From Felis catus (lineage: Eukaryota): a stretch of DNA of 64,000 bases. Below the pieces are notes generated by a model. The model was not told where the DNA came from, ran no database searches, and worked only from the letters and a program-made list of their open reading frames with translations. The DNA is taken from the NCBI RefSeq assembly GCF_018350175.1, contig NC_058368.1:141796001-141860000 (forward strand), given 5' to 3'. Shown in pieces: positions 23,410-36,522 of the stretch. The translations under genes were made by a program, and so were the position numbers. Position 1 is the stretch's first letter, and each line of letters begins with the position of its first letter.

Positions 23410-23900
23410 ACTTTTACTGAATATGTGATTGTGAGTTTAGGGTTTTCTTGAAGACCAGCTGTCTCGAAATGAAACATTTGGAGCGATAGTCACATTTATT
23501 AGCACAGAATTGATTTACAAAACTCAAAGAGGGCACGGAATTCCTATGAACTGTAAATTAGTAAATTGCTTTTTAATCTACCATAAAAGATCACTGAAAA
23601 GTCCTTTTAAAATCAAAGGTCTGCTAATTCAATCATGAACACGTTTACCCAATGGTGCTCGAGGCAAGAGGAAACCTTCAATGCTGCGCAATTGCCATTT
23701 AAAAGATATAATTTAAGAAATGATTTAAGTTTAATTACAATATCCAAAGCAGATATGTGTTATTATGAGGAGACATTGGCCTTGACACTAATATTTGCTT
23801 TAAAAATATTTTAAAATGAAATGGCACTTCTTGCATTCTGTGTTTCTGGATCATTCTTATCGCTCTGTGCCCCAATGAAGACAATAGTAAGGATGACAAT
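23410..23900. promoter_or_regulatory. Candidate conserved non-coding element/enhancer
   Basis: Repeat-free AT-rich block with TGATTTAC (23511), CCATAAAA (23581), ATCAAAG (23612) and several TAAT cores. Confidence 0.35.
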
Positions 23901-24467
23901 ACTTCGACAGCTGTACTCTTTGGGGAAGAGTGTGTGCTTTCCAAGCTTCAGTGTACAGAGAGGACAAGAGAGAGAGAGGTCAAGTTAGTCTGGCATAGGA
24001 ATTGTTGGCTACACACCACATTGGACACAGAAAACATTCTGGTTCAGCAATCTGTCCCCCAGGTGACGGATGCAGAAATCAAAACCTAGAAATGTGAAGT
24101 GCTTTTGCTTTCCATTTATTAGAACCCAATGTCAGAAGTAAAACCCAGTTCTTTTCTTAATTCAGTCCATTTTCCAGTTTATCAGTTCTCAAATTTGAAA
24201 GTGCTTGTGAATCTTCTAGAGTTCTTGTTCAATATGGTGATTCCTGCTCCTCCCATTCTGGCTCTGCAGGATTTAACAAATTCAGGTGATGTGAGTGCAA
24301 GTGGACCCAGAGACAACAATGAGAAATTCTGCTATAAGTCACGTGTCTTATGGCAGATGCTTTTCAATTTATTAAGCTACTCAACTAATCAATCCAGAAA
24401 TGAAAGCCCTTTGAAAAGTTGTACAAATGCACCGCATATATTGCCCTGCATGGTACACTTTGTTTGT

Positions 24468-24644
24468 CAGTACACTTTTCTACTCAAAGTATGAGCTGTG
24501 GAGCAGCAGAATTGTTCTCACCTGGGAGTTTGTTAGAAAAGCAGAATCTCAGGCACTACTCCTGACCTAATAATGAGTCAAAACCTGTGTTTCAACAAGA
24601 TTCTTAGGTGATATGAAATGCACAGCAAAATTTGAGGAGCACTG
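24468..24644. mobile_element. MER5A-like hAT-Charlie MITE
   Basis: 'ctactcaaagt...cacctgggagtttgttagaaaagcagaatctcagg...aacaagattcttaggtgat...tttgaggagcactg'. Confidence 0.85.
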
Positions 24645-24843
24645 TTAAAAGTACAGCCCCTGGCTCCGAGAAACCTGTTGTCATTATCGATTACTGCATA
24701 ATAAGCTACCACAAAATCCTGTGATATACGAAAATAATATTATTCTATCTCATGATTTTATGGGTCAGGACTCACCTGGGTGATTTGTCCTGTTCCATGA
24801 TGACTGCAACCTCAGCTGGGTGGCTTAAACATCTGAAGATGGG

Positions 24844-26192
24844 GCATGGAACCACTAAAGACCTTCAATACCCAAAGCAATCTTGAAAAAGAACAAAACT
24901 GGAGGTATCACAGTCCCAGATTTCAAGATATACTACAAAACTACAGTAATCAAAACAGTAAGGTACTGGCACAAAAATAGACACAGAGATCAATTGAACG
25001 GAATCAAGAGCCCAGAAAGAAACCCACAATTATATGGTCAATGAATCTCTGACAAAAGGAGGCAAGATTATGCAATGGGGGAAAGAAAAGTGTCCAACAA
25101 ATGGTGTTGGGAAAACTGGGTAGCTACATGCAAAAGAATAAAACTGGACCATTTTCTTACACCATACACAGAAACAAACCCAAAATGGATTAAGGTCCTA
25201 AATATGAGGCCTGAAACCACAAAAATCCTAGAAGGGAACACAGGCAGTAATTCCTCTACCCTCGGCCATAGCAACATTTTTCTAGATATGTCTCCTGAGG
25301 CAAAGGAAACAAAAGAAAAATAAACTATTGGGACAACATCAAAATAAAAATCTTCCTTAAAGCAAAGAAAACAACCAGCAAAACTAAAAGACAACCTGCC
25401 GAATGGGAGAAGATATTTGCAAATGACATATCTGATAAGGGTTAGTATCCATAATATATAAAGAATTTATGCAACTCAACACACACATACAGTCCAATTT
25501 TAAAAAGGGCAGAAGATACGAATAGATATTTCTCCAGAGAAGACATCCAGATGGCCAACAGACACATGAAAAGATGTGCAACATCACTCATCATCAGGAA
25601 AATACACATCAAAACCACAATGAGATATCATTTCATACCTGTCAGAAGGGTTCAGACCAAAAAAATACAAGAAACAAGTGTTGGCGAGGATGTGGGGGAA
25701 AAAAGGAACTCTCGCACACTGTTGGTGGGAGTGCAAACTGGTGGAGCCAGTGTGAAAAATAGTATGGAGGTTCTCAAAAAATTAAAATAGAATTAGCATA
25801 TGATACAGTAATTCCACTACTGGGTATTTAAACAAAGAATAAAAAAAACACTAATTGGAAAACATATATGCACTCCTATGATTATTGCAACATTATTATT
25901 TTTTTAAAATTTTAAATGTTTTATTTATGTTTGAGAGAGAGAGAGAGAGCATAAGAGAGGGAGGGGCAGAAAGAGAGGGACACACAGAATCCAAAGCAGG
26001 CTTCAGAGTCTGAGCTATCAGCACAGAACCCGATGTGGGGTTTGAATCCACAAACCATGAGATCATGACCTGAGCTGAAGTCGGAGGCTTAACCGATTGA
26101 GCCACATCATCGTCTCTCAACATTATTTACAGTAGCCAAGATATGAAGCGACGCAAGTATCCCATGATAGATGAATGAATAAAGAAGACTTG

Positions 26193-26224
<32 letters not shown>

Positions 26225-26660
26225 TATATACATATATTACTTAGTCATAAAAAGAATGAAATCTTGTCATTTGCAACAACATGAAGGGATGTAAAGAGTA
26301 TAATGTTAAGTGAAATAATTCAGTCAGAAAAAGAAAATACCATATGATTTCAATCATATGTGGAATTCAAAAAACAAAACCTACAAAAAAAAAAAGGGAC
26401 AGACCAAAAAAACCAGACTCTTAACTATAGAGAACAAACTGGTGGTTACCAGAGGGGAGGTGGTTGGGGGAATGGGTGAAATACGTGAAGGGAATTAAGA
26501 GTACATTTATCATGATGAGCACTGAGTAATGTGTAGAATTGATGAGTCATTATATTATACACCTAAAACTAATATAATATCACATGTTAACTATACTGGA
26601 AATAAAATTTTAAAAAGAAAAAGAATAAACATAAACAATCAGGGAAAAAGAAAAAAAAGG
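24844..26660 (+). mobile_element. 5'-truncated carnivore L1 (ORF2 3' part plus 3'UTR)
   Basis: ORF2 remnants ([34 protein letters not shown]); TSD tctgaagatggg at 24832-24843 and 26661-26672; A-rich tail. Confidence 0.95.
25898..26117 (-). mobile_element. CanSINE inside L1
   Basis: TSD caacattatt at 25888-25897 and 26118-26127. Confidence 0.9.
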
Positions 26661-29194
26661 TCTGAAGATGGGTGGGACAGCTCGACTACATCTATAGGTC
26701 TGGGGCCTCCATTCTTCTCCATGTGGCATATGTTGGAACTGGAATGTCCAATATGGTACCTTCAATGGAATGACTGGCACTTGCACTGAAATGAGTGGAA
26801 GCTGGGAGCTCAAAAGCATCACTCTTTCTACACAAGGTAGTCTCAAGGGGAGTCAGACTTGTTAGATGGAGATAGGAAGTAGAGGCTGCCAGTTTCTTAA
26901 ACCTGGTCTTGGAAATCGTCCCATCCTCATCTTGGTCCTGGAGTCACAGACCCCACCCAATTCAAGGGGACAGGACATGAACCCCAACTCCCAATGGGAG
27001 AAGAATTTGTGGCAATCTCTAGTCTACCAAAGACTTACTAACCGTACATGGGAATTGCTTAGGCTTGTGACGTACCTTGAGCCAAGTCTATGATCAAAGA
27101 GCCAGATTGTGAGGTCTAAAATGTCAGTAAAATCTGAGGCTTAAGAAAGGAGATTGCCAAGAAAAGGCTTTACAGGAGGAGATGGGGCTCAAACTGGTCT
27201 TGGAAGTGAGAGTAGGGCCTGGACAAGCAGAAAGAAAGGGGCAGAGCATTTCAGAATAACTTCTAGATCAACCATAGCCTGAGGCTAGTTTGTTTTTCGG
27301 CTCACCTCTCACCCTATTCTGGGCCTTAGGTTTCCATCACACTATAAGAATATCTATATTGTTGTTTCCCACGGCAAACTGTGTATAAATTTTATATGTA
27401 TAAATTTTGCATATAAAAAGCAGAAGTAGCTTTTCAGGTTAAAATTTCCAGAGAAATCTGAAATTTGCCACAGGCTCACCTCCATGCTAAGTATTCAGAG
27501 AAAGTTGGCAGCTTTGAACTATGTCTGAGAGAGTGGATAGCTCGAATGTGAAACATTTTCTGTCTAGAAAGTATAGATAATTCTAGGCCTTAATTTTCCT
27601 CTTCTCTAACTGAAAATATTTAGCTATTCTATGGGAAACCTAACCCTTAGTATGAACTTAGATCCAGAGAAGCAGACCAAAACATATGCGCAGATAAGTA
27701 ATTGTCGAAAAGCAGGAAACCAATTAAACATAAAGTAGGGTCCCAATTATATAAAAAACAAATGTAGATAGATTAAATATTGGAAGAAGAAATGGCAAAG
27801 TGTTCACTGGCGATTTCTGAGTTGCAAAAACATGCATGACTTTTTTCTCTTTTCCATATTTCAATCAGTTTTCCACAATGAACATGTGTTATTTTCACAA
27901 TCATAAAAACATATACAGCCTACAGATATATTTTGATTTGGATTTTCAAAGAAGATTCTAAGAACCCTAACATAGCAATGAATTCTTCAAAAACACAGTT
28001 TTTACAAACCCTGTCACAAATCCTTCCAGAGACCCACATCCTAGTGTTTGCCCTGACAAATGCCAGTTCTGTTCTTCAAGATTTACTTGTCAGGAAATCA
28101 AGACACACAGAATGAGTTATTTCAGAAGGAAATGTTCCGGGATTCTGGAAACAGATGATGCTTTCTTTCAGCCTGCTGTCATTCTTCTCCTTCACTAAGA
28201 TATTGTCGTCATCACTCTGGGTTTAACTCAGCTTGACAGTAGCCGCATTTCTGTGTTGATCTTCATCTCCTCTTTTGGTAAAAGTCTGTAAATTGAGGTT
28301 TCGCTCATAGCTATTTCATACTAATCAGACACCAGGACTAAATTAAAACCAAGAAAGGACCTGGGGTGAGATAATGTGAAGCCGACCGCCTCCCCGGGCA
28401 GACATTTTATGCTCTGGACCTTATCTTCACGAATGCTGACAAGGCATTCTCTTTTACAAGCCAGGGGCCATGGCTCTCACTACCAATCTTAAACTACTGG
28501 TAGCATAACCCCTCACTTGTTTTTCTTATTCACTCCCAGTTTGCCCTGCTGCTAAAATATTCTGCTTTTCAGCTGCCATTATGAGCGTCTAAATCATCCC
28601 TCATCTAAGGCACCAGCTTTCTTAGTGCAGAAACCACAGACTCAGCAGCTAGGATGTCATCAGCATGCTCTAGATTACATCATCTCCTTCTGCCAACCTT
28701 AATACCACTATGGTAACCATCAACAGCAATACCCATGATTATTTCAGGAGAAATATTGAACAGATGTGACAGCCTTGTCAAACTCCTTTGCTGGTGTCCA
28801 ACCACTCTGTTATACCTTTTGCAATTCTAAAATATCTCTTCTGGTCATAATAGAGACAGCATGCACTGACCTAGTGAGTGGGAAACTGTTCCTGTAGCAT
28901 CAACTGGCATACTGAATACCAACTACCAGCACCAACTTACACATATAGCGCTTTACAGCCCTCTAATCATTTTTACACACATTCTCCTTTTTAATTCAAG
29001 ACAGCTGAGCCTGTGGTGGTAAAACTGGAAAGAGCCCTGGACTTCCTCTCAGAAGTTCTGAGTTTCTGGGCACCTTACTACCTGTGAACCTTGAGCAAGC
29101 CACTTTGAGCTTCTTTTCAGTAAAATACTTAACTCTTTTCAACGCAATTTAAAAACCACATGAGATGGTACATTTAAAAATAACGAATGGTGAA

Positions 29195-29680
29195 AACAAG
29201 TACGCAGATATTTGCTCATGGCAGCACTGTTCACAGTGGCTGAAAGGTGGAAACAATCCTAATGACCATCAATGGATGAAAGGATAAACAAAATGTGATA
29301 TATGCATGCAATGGAATATTATTCCGCCATAGAAAGGGATGAAGTGCTGGCACATGCCACATCATGGATGACCCTAGAAAACAACATGCTAAGTGAAAGA
29401 AGCCACACATAAAAGGTCACATATGGCCATGATTCCTTTTATATGAAATATGCAGAATAGTCAACCGTCTATACAAAAAACAGATTTGTGACTGCAAGGA
29501 GCTAAGGGGAGATGGGAATAGGGAGTGGCTCTTTAATAGGGATGGGTTTTCTGTGGGTGATCAAAATGTTTTGGAAACTCCAGAGAGTTGGTCATTGCAC
29601 AACATTGTTCACATACCAAATGCCACTGGATCAATCACTTGGAAATTTTGTATTATATGTATTTTACCTAAATTAAGAAA
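29195..29680 (+). mobile_element. Old L1MB-like 3' end (MIR fragment just upstream at about 29010-29170)
   Basis: 'gcagcactgttcacagtggctgaaaggtggaaacaatcc...catcaatggatgaa...atgctaagtgaaagaagccacac'. Confidence 0.88.
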
Positions 29681-30159
29681 ACAAATTATAAAGCATATCA
29701 AAGTCCTAGTTTGTGTATCCCAGAGACAAAACAGTCTCAGGAAGATTAAGGGACTTATAAAGGGCCAAAAAGTTAAAAAACAAAAAGAAGCAAATTGAAG
29801 CAAAATAAAACAAAGAAATCTACTCTGCAAGCAAAATTCTGGTCTTCTGATGGGCCAGGGAGATCTTTATTCCATTACTGCCATCCTGCTATCGGTGTGA
29901 AAAGAGAAGTTGAAGCTTTTGAGAGGTCACCGTTCTCCACTCTGAGCTTTTGCATGATTCCCATGCCCTATTTTCTCATCCAGAACACATAGTGATGCTT
30001 TCAGCCACCTCTTCTCATTAGTTCACAGAGATCCTAAGACAGAAACGATAATCTGGCATAAAGAATGGGGTCTTTGGAAAACCAGAAAAGCTTCTCTCTT
30101 TACCTTGTCTAAATAAAGAGAAGGTTCCTGAATGCCTTGTAGTAAGTTGGGAAGATAGA

Positions 30160-30865
30160 GAGCTTTGTTAGAAATGTATTATCCTAGGCTCCACCCCAGT
30201 CCAACTTTTTCAGAATCTGCATTTCGCCAAGATTCCCAGGCAATTTGTGGGCATATGAAACGTTTAGACACACTGCGCTGGGGTTCCAGACTTGTAACAG
30301 AGCCTCCATTTACATGAAATATGTGGCTGCTGGAGATGTGAACGATCAGTTATGTTGGGTCTGTTGGGCCATTTGTTGTGAATAGAAAATATATACACTT
30401 TCATCATCATCACCACCATCATCATCATCAACATTTACTTGTGAACAGTGGAGAAGGCACATGGGCTGTTCGTGGAATCATACCTACTTTGTTTTCCTAA
30501 TTATACCTAACTTCACAGATATTCCTAGCCTCAATTATTCTTCTGTACACTGGAAACAGTAATTATACTTCTCTGCTTTTCTAGTAATCTCCCCAGTTCA
30601 CATGTAAATGTCTACAAAGACATTATTAAAGTACCAAATGCCACAGTCAGTGGGAACTTTAGAGGTCATCCGGCCAGTGGTTCCTAAATGCTCTTCCACG
30701 GACCAGTTCTGAGTTGCCCACATTAGAATCACCTGGGGAGCATTTCAAAAAGGCACATTCCTAGGGTGTAAAATCAGCCCGTTAAATCTGGGAAGAGGCC
30801 ATGGAAGACGTATTTTTAAGAAGCTTTCCAGGTGATTCCAATGCATAGTCAGGTTTGGAAAAATT
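30160..30865. mobile_element. Two MER5-like fragments (about 30160-30280 and 30675-30865)
   Basis: 'tttgttagaaatg...ggctccaccccag...cagaatctgcattt' and 'cagtggttcctaaa...attagaatcacctggggagc...ccaggtgattccaatgcatag'. Confidence 0.7.
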
Positions 30866-30879
30866 TGCCGGGCTCAGCC

Positions 30880-31110
30880 CCTGCATCCCCTCCACAGCTT
30901 TCCCATCACCTTGGCCCAAATACCTTCAGAGATAAGTACATTTCATTTCAGAGATCTAACAGTCAGAAAATTCCTTCTAATGCACCAAATCAATACCTAC
31001 CTCCCTATAATTTCCGCCTATGGGTTCTTTCCTTCTGAACCCTACAGAATAATCTGAGTGTGCTTGAGATGTAGACTCTCTTCCATATCATGCAACAGTT
31101 CTTCAAATGT
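30880..31110 (-). mobile_element. L3/CR1 3' fragment
   Basis: 'gtcagaaaattccttctaat...cctccctataatttccgcctatgggttc...ctcttccatatcatgcaacagttcttcaaatg'. Confidence 0.5.
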
Positions 31111-31652
31111 CTATCTCCAGGCACTGTGTCCACCCATGTCTTCTTCCTAATCACACTTTTTGCCTTGAAGTCTGTTTTGTCCAGTGATAATAAAGCTACC
31201 CACTCTCTTTTTCCTTTATCACTTAACCTATAATAATTTTCATGTATAATAATTACATTTGTCTCTTATAAGAGACATAAAAGTTAATTTTTTAAAAATT
31301 CAGTTCATAATTATTTGAATTGGCAAATTTAGTCAAATTACATGAATTTATTGTAATTACTTACATACTTGGGATTATTTCTACCATGTTATTCTGTGAT
31401 TTTCTTTTATCTTGTTTTTTTTTTTCTTCTTTTCATTTTTCTTTCCTTTCCTAAATTCTATTAGACTGATTGAATATTCTTTATTACTTTCCTTCCTTCT
31501 TGCCCTCACGCCTACACATCCCTGGGTCTGGAAGTTGTACCAGCTTCAGTAGTCATTCTTGAGAGGTTTTGTTTTCCAGTTAACAGAACAGTAATATCTA
31601 ACAAAATATAAACAATCCACTTTAGTTGTTATTCTTGAAAAACTGACATGCA

Positions 31653-31874
31653 GGGGCACCTGGGTGGCTCAGTTGGCTAAGTGACCAGCTCTTGGTTTCA
31701 GCTCAGGTCATGATCCCACAATTCATGAGTTAGAGCCCGTGTCAGTCTCTGTAGAGCCTGCTTGGGATTCTCTTTCTCTCCTTATCTCTCTGCACCTCCT
31801 CTCTCTCTCGCGTGCTCTCGCTCTCGCTCTCGCTGTATCTCTCTCAAATAAATAAACTTTAAAAAAAGTTTTTA
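31653..31874 (+). mobile_element. CanSINE
   Basis: Head ggggcacctgggtggctcag; TSD aaaaa(c)tgacatgca. Confidence 0.93.
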
Positions 31875-32858
31875 AAAAATGACATGCATACTTAACAGAA
31901 TCCAAAGATAATTAATGTCTATTCTGCCTCCTTAACAAATCTAGGAATTTAGAACATTTTCACTCTGAACAATCCCCTCCTGCCTTCCATATACTTATTT
32001 CCAATATTTTAGATTCATCATATTTTTATACCCCCAATAAATTACTGTTGTTGTTTTATGTCAATTCTTTTTTAGACTCACTCACTTTACTTCCCACTCT
32101 GTCCTTCCTCTCAGTTTTTTCTGAATTCAATTTCATTTTTCACTGAGGATCTGCTAGTGGAAAATTCTCTGTGTTCATTTGAACACATTTTCATTTTCCC
32201 TTCACTCTTCTATGATAATTGAACTGTATAAACAACTCTTTATTGGTAGTTGTTTTCTCTTAGCACTTTGAAGATTATTCATTGTCTCATGGGTTTTATT
32301 ATTGTTGTAAAGAAGTCAGTGACAGTCAAAATATAGTTCCTTTTTAGATTACCTATCTTTTTTTCCTCTGAATGCATTAAAATTTTTCTTTTTGACTTTG
32401 GTATTTTGCAGTTTTATTACAATGTGTCTAGATGTAAATTTTCTCTTTACACCTCCTGTTTGAGATGTATTGTATATCTTTAATCTAGAGATTTCTTTTA
32501 TTAATCCTGTAAAATTATTACCATTGTCCTTTCAAATATTGTCTCTTCCCCAGTTGCTTTATTGTCTCCTTAGGAAAATCCTATTAGACATATTTTTTAC
32601 TTTCTTATTCTAAACTCTATGTCTTTAAGTCTTTAAAAATATTATCCATCTGTTTTATCTCTTCATGCTGCATTACAGATAATGTTCTTTCAGCCTATCT
32701 AATCTGCTATATAGCCTGTTCATTGAGTATATAATTTTGAAAGTTACCTTTTTCATTACTAAAAAAGTTCAAAATTTTTTCAAATTTTTCTTTTTATTTT
32801 CATGCTGTCTTGCTCTTTTCTTATTTGTATTGCTTCCTTTTGTCTTCAATATTTTAAA

Positions 32859-33758
32859 AATTCCAGTATACTTAGCATATAGTGTTATATTCATTTCAGG
32901 TGTATAATATAGTGATTCAACAATTCTACACGTTACTCAGTGTTCATCACTATAGGTGTACTCTTAGTCCCCATCACCTATTTCACCCATCCCTCCAACC
33001 ACCTCCCCCTCTGGTAACCATCAGTTTGTTCTCTATAGTTAAGAGCCTGGATTTTTTTTTTTTTTTGCCTTTTTTTTCTTTGTTAGTTTTGTTTCTTAAA
33101 TTCTACATATGAGTGAAATCTTATGGTATTTTTCTTTCTCTGACTGAATTATTTCACTTAGCATTATACTCTCTAGATTCATTCATGTCGTTGCAAATGG
33201 TGAGATGTCATTCTTTTAATGGCTGAGTAATGTTCCATTGTGTGTGTATATATATTATATATATATATATACACTCTTTTTTATGCTTTCATCTATCATT
33301 GGAAGCTTGGGTTGCTTCTACATCTTGGCTATTGTAAATAATGTTGCAATAATCATAGGGGTGCATATGTTTTTGATTTAATGTTTTTGTACTCTTTGGA
33401 TAAATACCCAGTAGTGGAATTACTAGATCATATGGTAGTTCTATTTTTAATTTCTTGAGAAACCTCCATACTATTTTTCACAGTGGCTGTAACAGTTTGC
33501 ATTCCCACCAACAGTGCACAAGGGTTCTTTTTTCCCCCACATCCTCACCAACACTGTTGTTTCTTATGTTTTTAATTTTAGTCCTTCTGAAAGATGTGAA
33601 CTGATACCTTTTTGTGGTTTTGATTTGTATTTTCATGATGATGAGTGAGTGATGTCGAACATCTTTTCATGTGTCTGTTGGCCATCTGGATGTCTTCTTT
33701 GGAGAAATGTCTGTTGATGTCTTCTGCCCATTTTAATTTTAATATTTATTTATTTTTG

Positions 33759-33802
<44 letters not shown>

Positions 33803-34817
33803 CAGGGAGGGACAGAGAAAGAGAGAGAGAATCTCAAGCAGGCTCTGCACTGTCAGCGCAGAGCCCGATGTGGGACTTGAACTCATGAACTGTGAGATCA
33901 TGACCCGAGCCAAAATCAAGAGTCAGACACTTAATGACCGAGCCACCCAGGTGCCCCTCTTCTACCAATTTTTAAATTGGACTGTTTGTGTGTGTGTTGA
34001 GTTGTATAAGTTCTTTACATATTCTGGATACTAACCCCTTATCAGATGTCATTTGCAAATATCTTCTCCAATTCTGCAGGTTGTCTTTTCATTTTGTTGA
34101 TTGCTTTCTTTGCTGTGAGGAAGCTTTTTGTTTTGATGTAATCCCAATAGTTTGTTTTTGTTTTTGTTTTCTTGCCTCAGGAGACATATATAGAAAAGCG
34201 TTGCTATGGCTGAGGGCATGGAAATTACTGCCTGTCTTCTCTTCTATGATTTTTATGGTTTCTGTCTCACATTTAGGCCCTTAATCCATTTTGGGTTTAT
34301 TTCTGTGTATGGTGTAAGAAAGTGGTCCAGTTTTATTCTTTTGCATGTAGCTGTCCAGTTTTCCCAACATCATTTGCTGAAGATACTGCTTTTTCCTATT
34401 GCATAACTTTGCCTCCTTTGTCAAAGATTAATTGACCATATAATCGTGGGTTTCTTTCTGGGCTCTTGATTCTGTTCTATTGATCTATGTGTCTATTTTT
34501 GTGCCAGTACCTTACTGTTTTGATTACTACAGCTTTGTAGTATATCTGGAAATCTGGGTCTGTGATACTTCCAGTTTTGTTCTTTTTCAACATTGCTTTG
34601 GCTATTTGGGGTCTTTTGTAGTTGTATATAAATTTTACAATTATTTGTTCTAGTTCTGTGAAAATACTATTGCTATTTTGATAGAGACTGTATTAAATCT
34701 GTAGATTGCTTTGGATACTATGGATATTTAATAATATTTGTTCTCCTAATACATGAGTATGGAATATTTTTCCATTTGTTTGTATCATCTTCAATGCCTC
34801 TCATCAAAGTTTTATTA
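32859..34817 (-). mobile_element. 5'-truncated carnivore L1, antisense, same type as 24844-26660
   Basis: Antisense ORF2 and 3'UTR; TSD tgtcttcaatattttaaa (32841-32858) and tgttttcaacattttaaa (34818-34835). Confidence 0.95.
33737..33957 (-). mobile_element. CanSINE inside L1
   Basis: (GA)n body; diverged TSD tcttctgcccattttaa / tcttctaccaatttttaa. Confidence 0.93.
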
Positions 34818-35074
34818 TGTTTTCAACATTTTAAACAAACTTACTTGATAATTTTTAACAGATTTTTTTATTGTCTGAGCTCTAGAACATCTAATCCTGC
34901 CATTGTTCTTTGTGTTGATTTTCACATGTGTACTTTATACTTTTGTATTGTGAGGTCATCTTCAGTAGGCTTTCTTTGAGTTTTGAATGGTGGAGGAATG
35001 GTCCTTCCAAAGAGATTTTTGCTTTCACTTCTTCCAGTTGGCTCACAAATATCACCAACACCAGACTTTTTAAG

Positions 35075-35217
35075 GTTTTTTTTTTAATCACCCAGTACTC
35101 ATCACAGCAAGTGCCCTCCTTAATCCCCACCCACTATTTCCCCCATCCTCCCTCCCACCTCCTTTCTGATAACCGTAAATTTATTCTCTTTAGTTAAGAG
35201 TCTGTTTCTTGGTTTGT
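35075..35217 (-). mobile_element. Very short L1 3'-end insertion
   Basis: poly(T) followed by 'cacccagtactcatcacagcaagtgccctccttaatccc'; flanked by ccagact on both sides. Confidence 0.8.
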
Positions 35218-35400
35218 CCAGACTACTTTTATGTGAATTCCTGACCTTAGGGGCCCCTTTACTGCAGTTATTGTAAATTAATCCCTAAACCTGCACAAGG
35301 AGCAGATTCACCCTAGGAGGAAAAAGACTTTTTTTCTTATCTAGAGCATAAGCAGAGATAGACAAGTTTTCTTGTGTTGATGGACAGATTTTCTTTTTCT

Positions 35401-35863
35401 TCTTTTTTTAATTTAATTTTACTTTTTAGATTTTTTTAAATGTTTATTTTTGAGTGAGAGAGACAGAGACAGAGGGTGAGTGGGGGAGGGGCAGAGAGCG
35501 AGGAAGACACAGAATCCAAAGCAGGCTCTGGGCTCTGAGCTGTCAGCATAGAGCCCGACATGGGGCTTGAACTCACGAGGTGTGAGATCATGACCTGAGC
35601 CAAAGTCAGACACTTAACCGACTGAGCCACCCAGGTGCACCTTTTTCTTTTCTTTTTTCAATGTTTATTTATTTTTGAGAGAGAGAGAGTGATCAGGAAA
35701 GGGGCAGAGAGTTGGGGGGAGGGGGTTGGGGGAGTACAGAGGATCCAAAGCAGGCTTTGTGCTGACAGCAAAGTGCCCAATTCAGGGCTTGAACTCCCGA
35801 ACCGCAAGATCATGACCTGAGCCCAAGTAGGACGCTTAACCAACTGAGCCACCCAGGCACCCC
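35401..35863 (-). mobile_element. Two tandem antisense CanSINEs (35401-35641 and 35642-35863)
   Basis: Two complete bodies enclosed by one TSD agat(t/c)ttctttttct at 35386-35400 and 35864-35878. Confidence 0.92.
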
Positions 35864-36323
35864 AGATCTTCTTTTTCTAATGCATTCGTTTTCTGAGGGT
35901 CCTTGATTTATGCAGAGATCTCAGTTTTGATTTCTGCCTCATGTAGAAGACTTTTCCTCCTGTCTCTGTGGTGTTAACACCAAAGAAACTAGAGTGCCAA
36001 GTGGATCCTAGGGCAGCGCTAGCGTCAGCTCATAAACTTATTACTCCGTTGTATTATTTTGTTTTGGGTCCTTAGGTATTTCCCTTTCTTTCTTGTGATA
36101 TCATCTGTTCATTCAAAGGGATTAAAGGATTAAAATATATTTAATCCAGAATTTCTCCATGTTTGTGGCAAGAAGGCTCTCGGTTCATCTAGCCTGAAAT
36201 ATTGATGGAAATAAAAATACCCTACATGTTATCTGTATGCAGCATTATATAATAGCTAAATAGTAATTTATCTCACCACAGATTTTCAAATATACTCAAT
36301 GATGCTCAATATTAAAAGGTGAA

Positions 36324-36522
36324 GGGGTGCTTGGGTGGCTGAATCAGTTAAGCTTCTAACTCTTGATTTCAGCTTACGTCATGATCTCACAGTTGGTGAG
36401 TGTAAGGCCCTCAATAGGCTCTGTGCTGACAGCATGGCACCTGTTTGGGATTCCCTCTCCCTGCCTCTCCCCTGCTCATGCTCTCTCTGTCTCTCAAAAT
36501 GAATAAATAAACTTTAAAAAAT
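36324..36522 (+). mobile_element. CanSINE
   Basis: Perfect 15-bp TSD atattaaaaggtgaa at 36309-36323 and 36523-36537. Confidence 0.95.

Larger units (their letters stand above)
24679..27030 (-). mobile_element. MLT1 LTR split by the L1 insertion (parts 24679-24843 and 26661-27030)
   Basis: 'attactgcataataagctaccacaaaatc...catgattttatgggtcagga' on the left; 'ccaattcaagggga...aagaatttgtggcaatctctagtctacca' on the right. Confidence 0.7.
31150..36210 (-). mobile_element. Old L1M (ORF1/5' region, antisense) hosting several younger insertions
   Basis: T-rich antisense L1M motifs (tttgccttgaagtctgttttgtc; tcttagcactttgaagattattcattgtctc; ttcaaatattgtctcttcccc); outer limits approximate. Confidence 0.7.
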
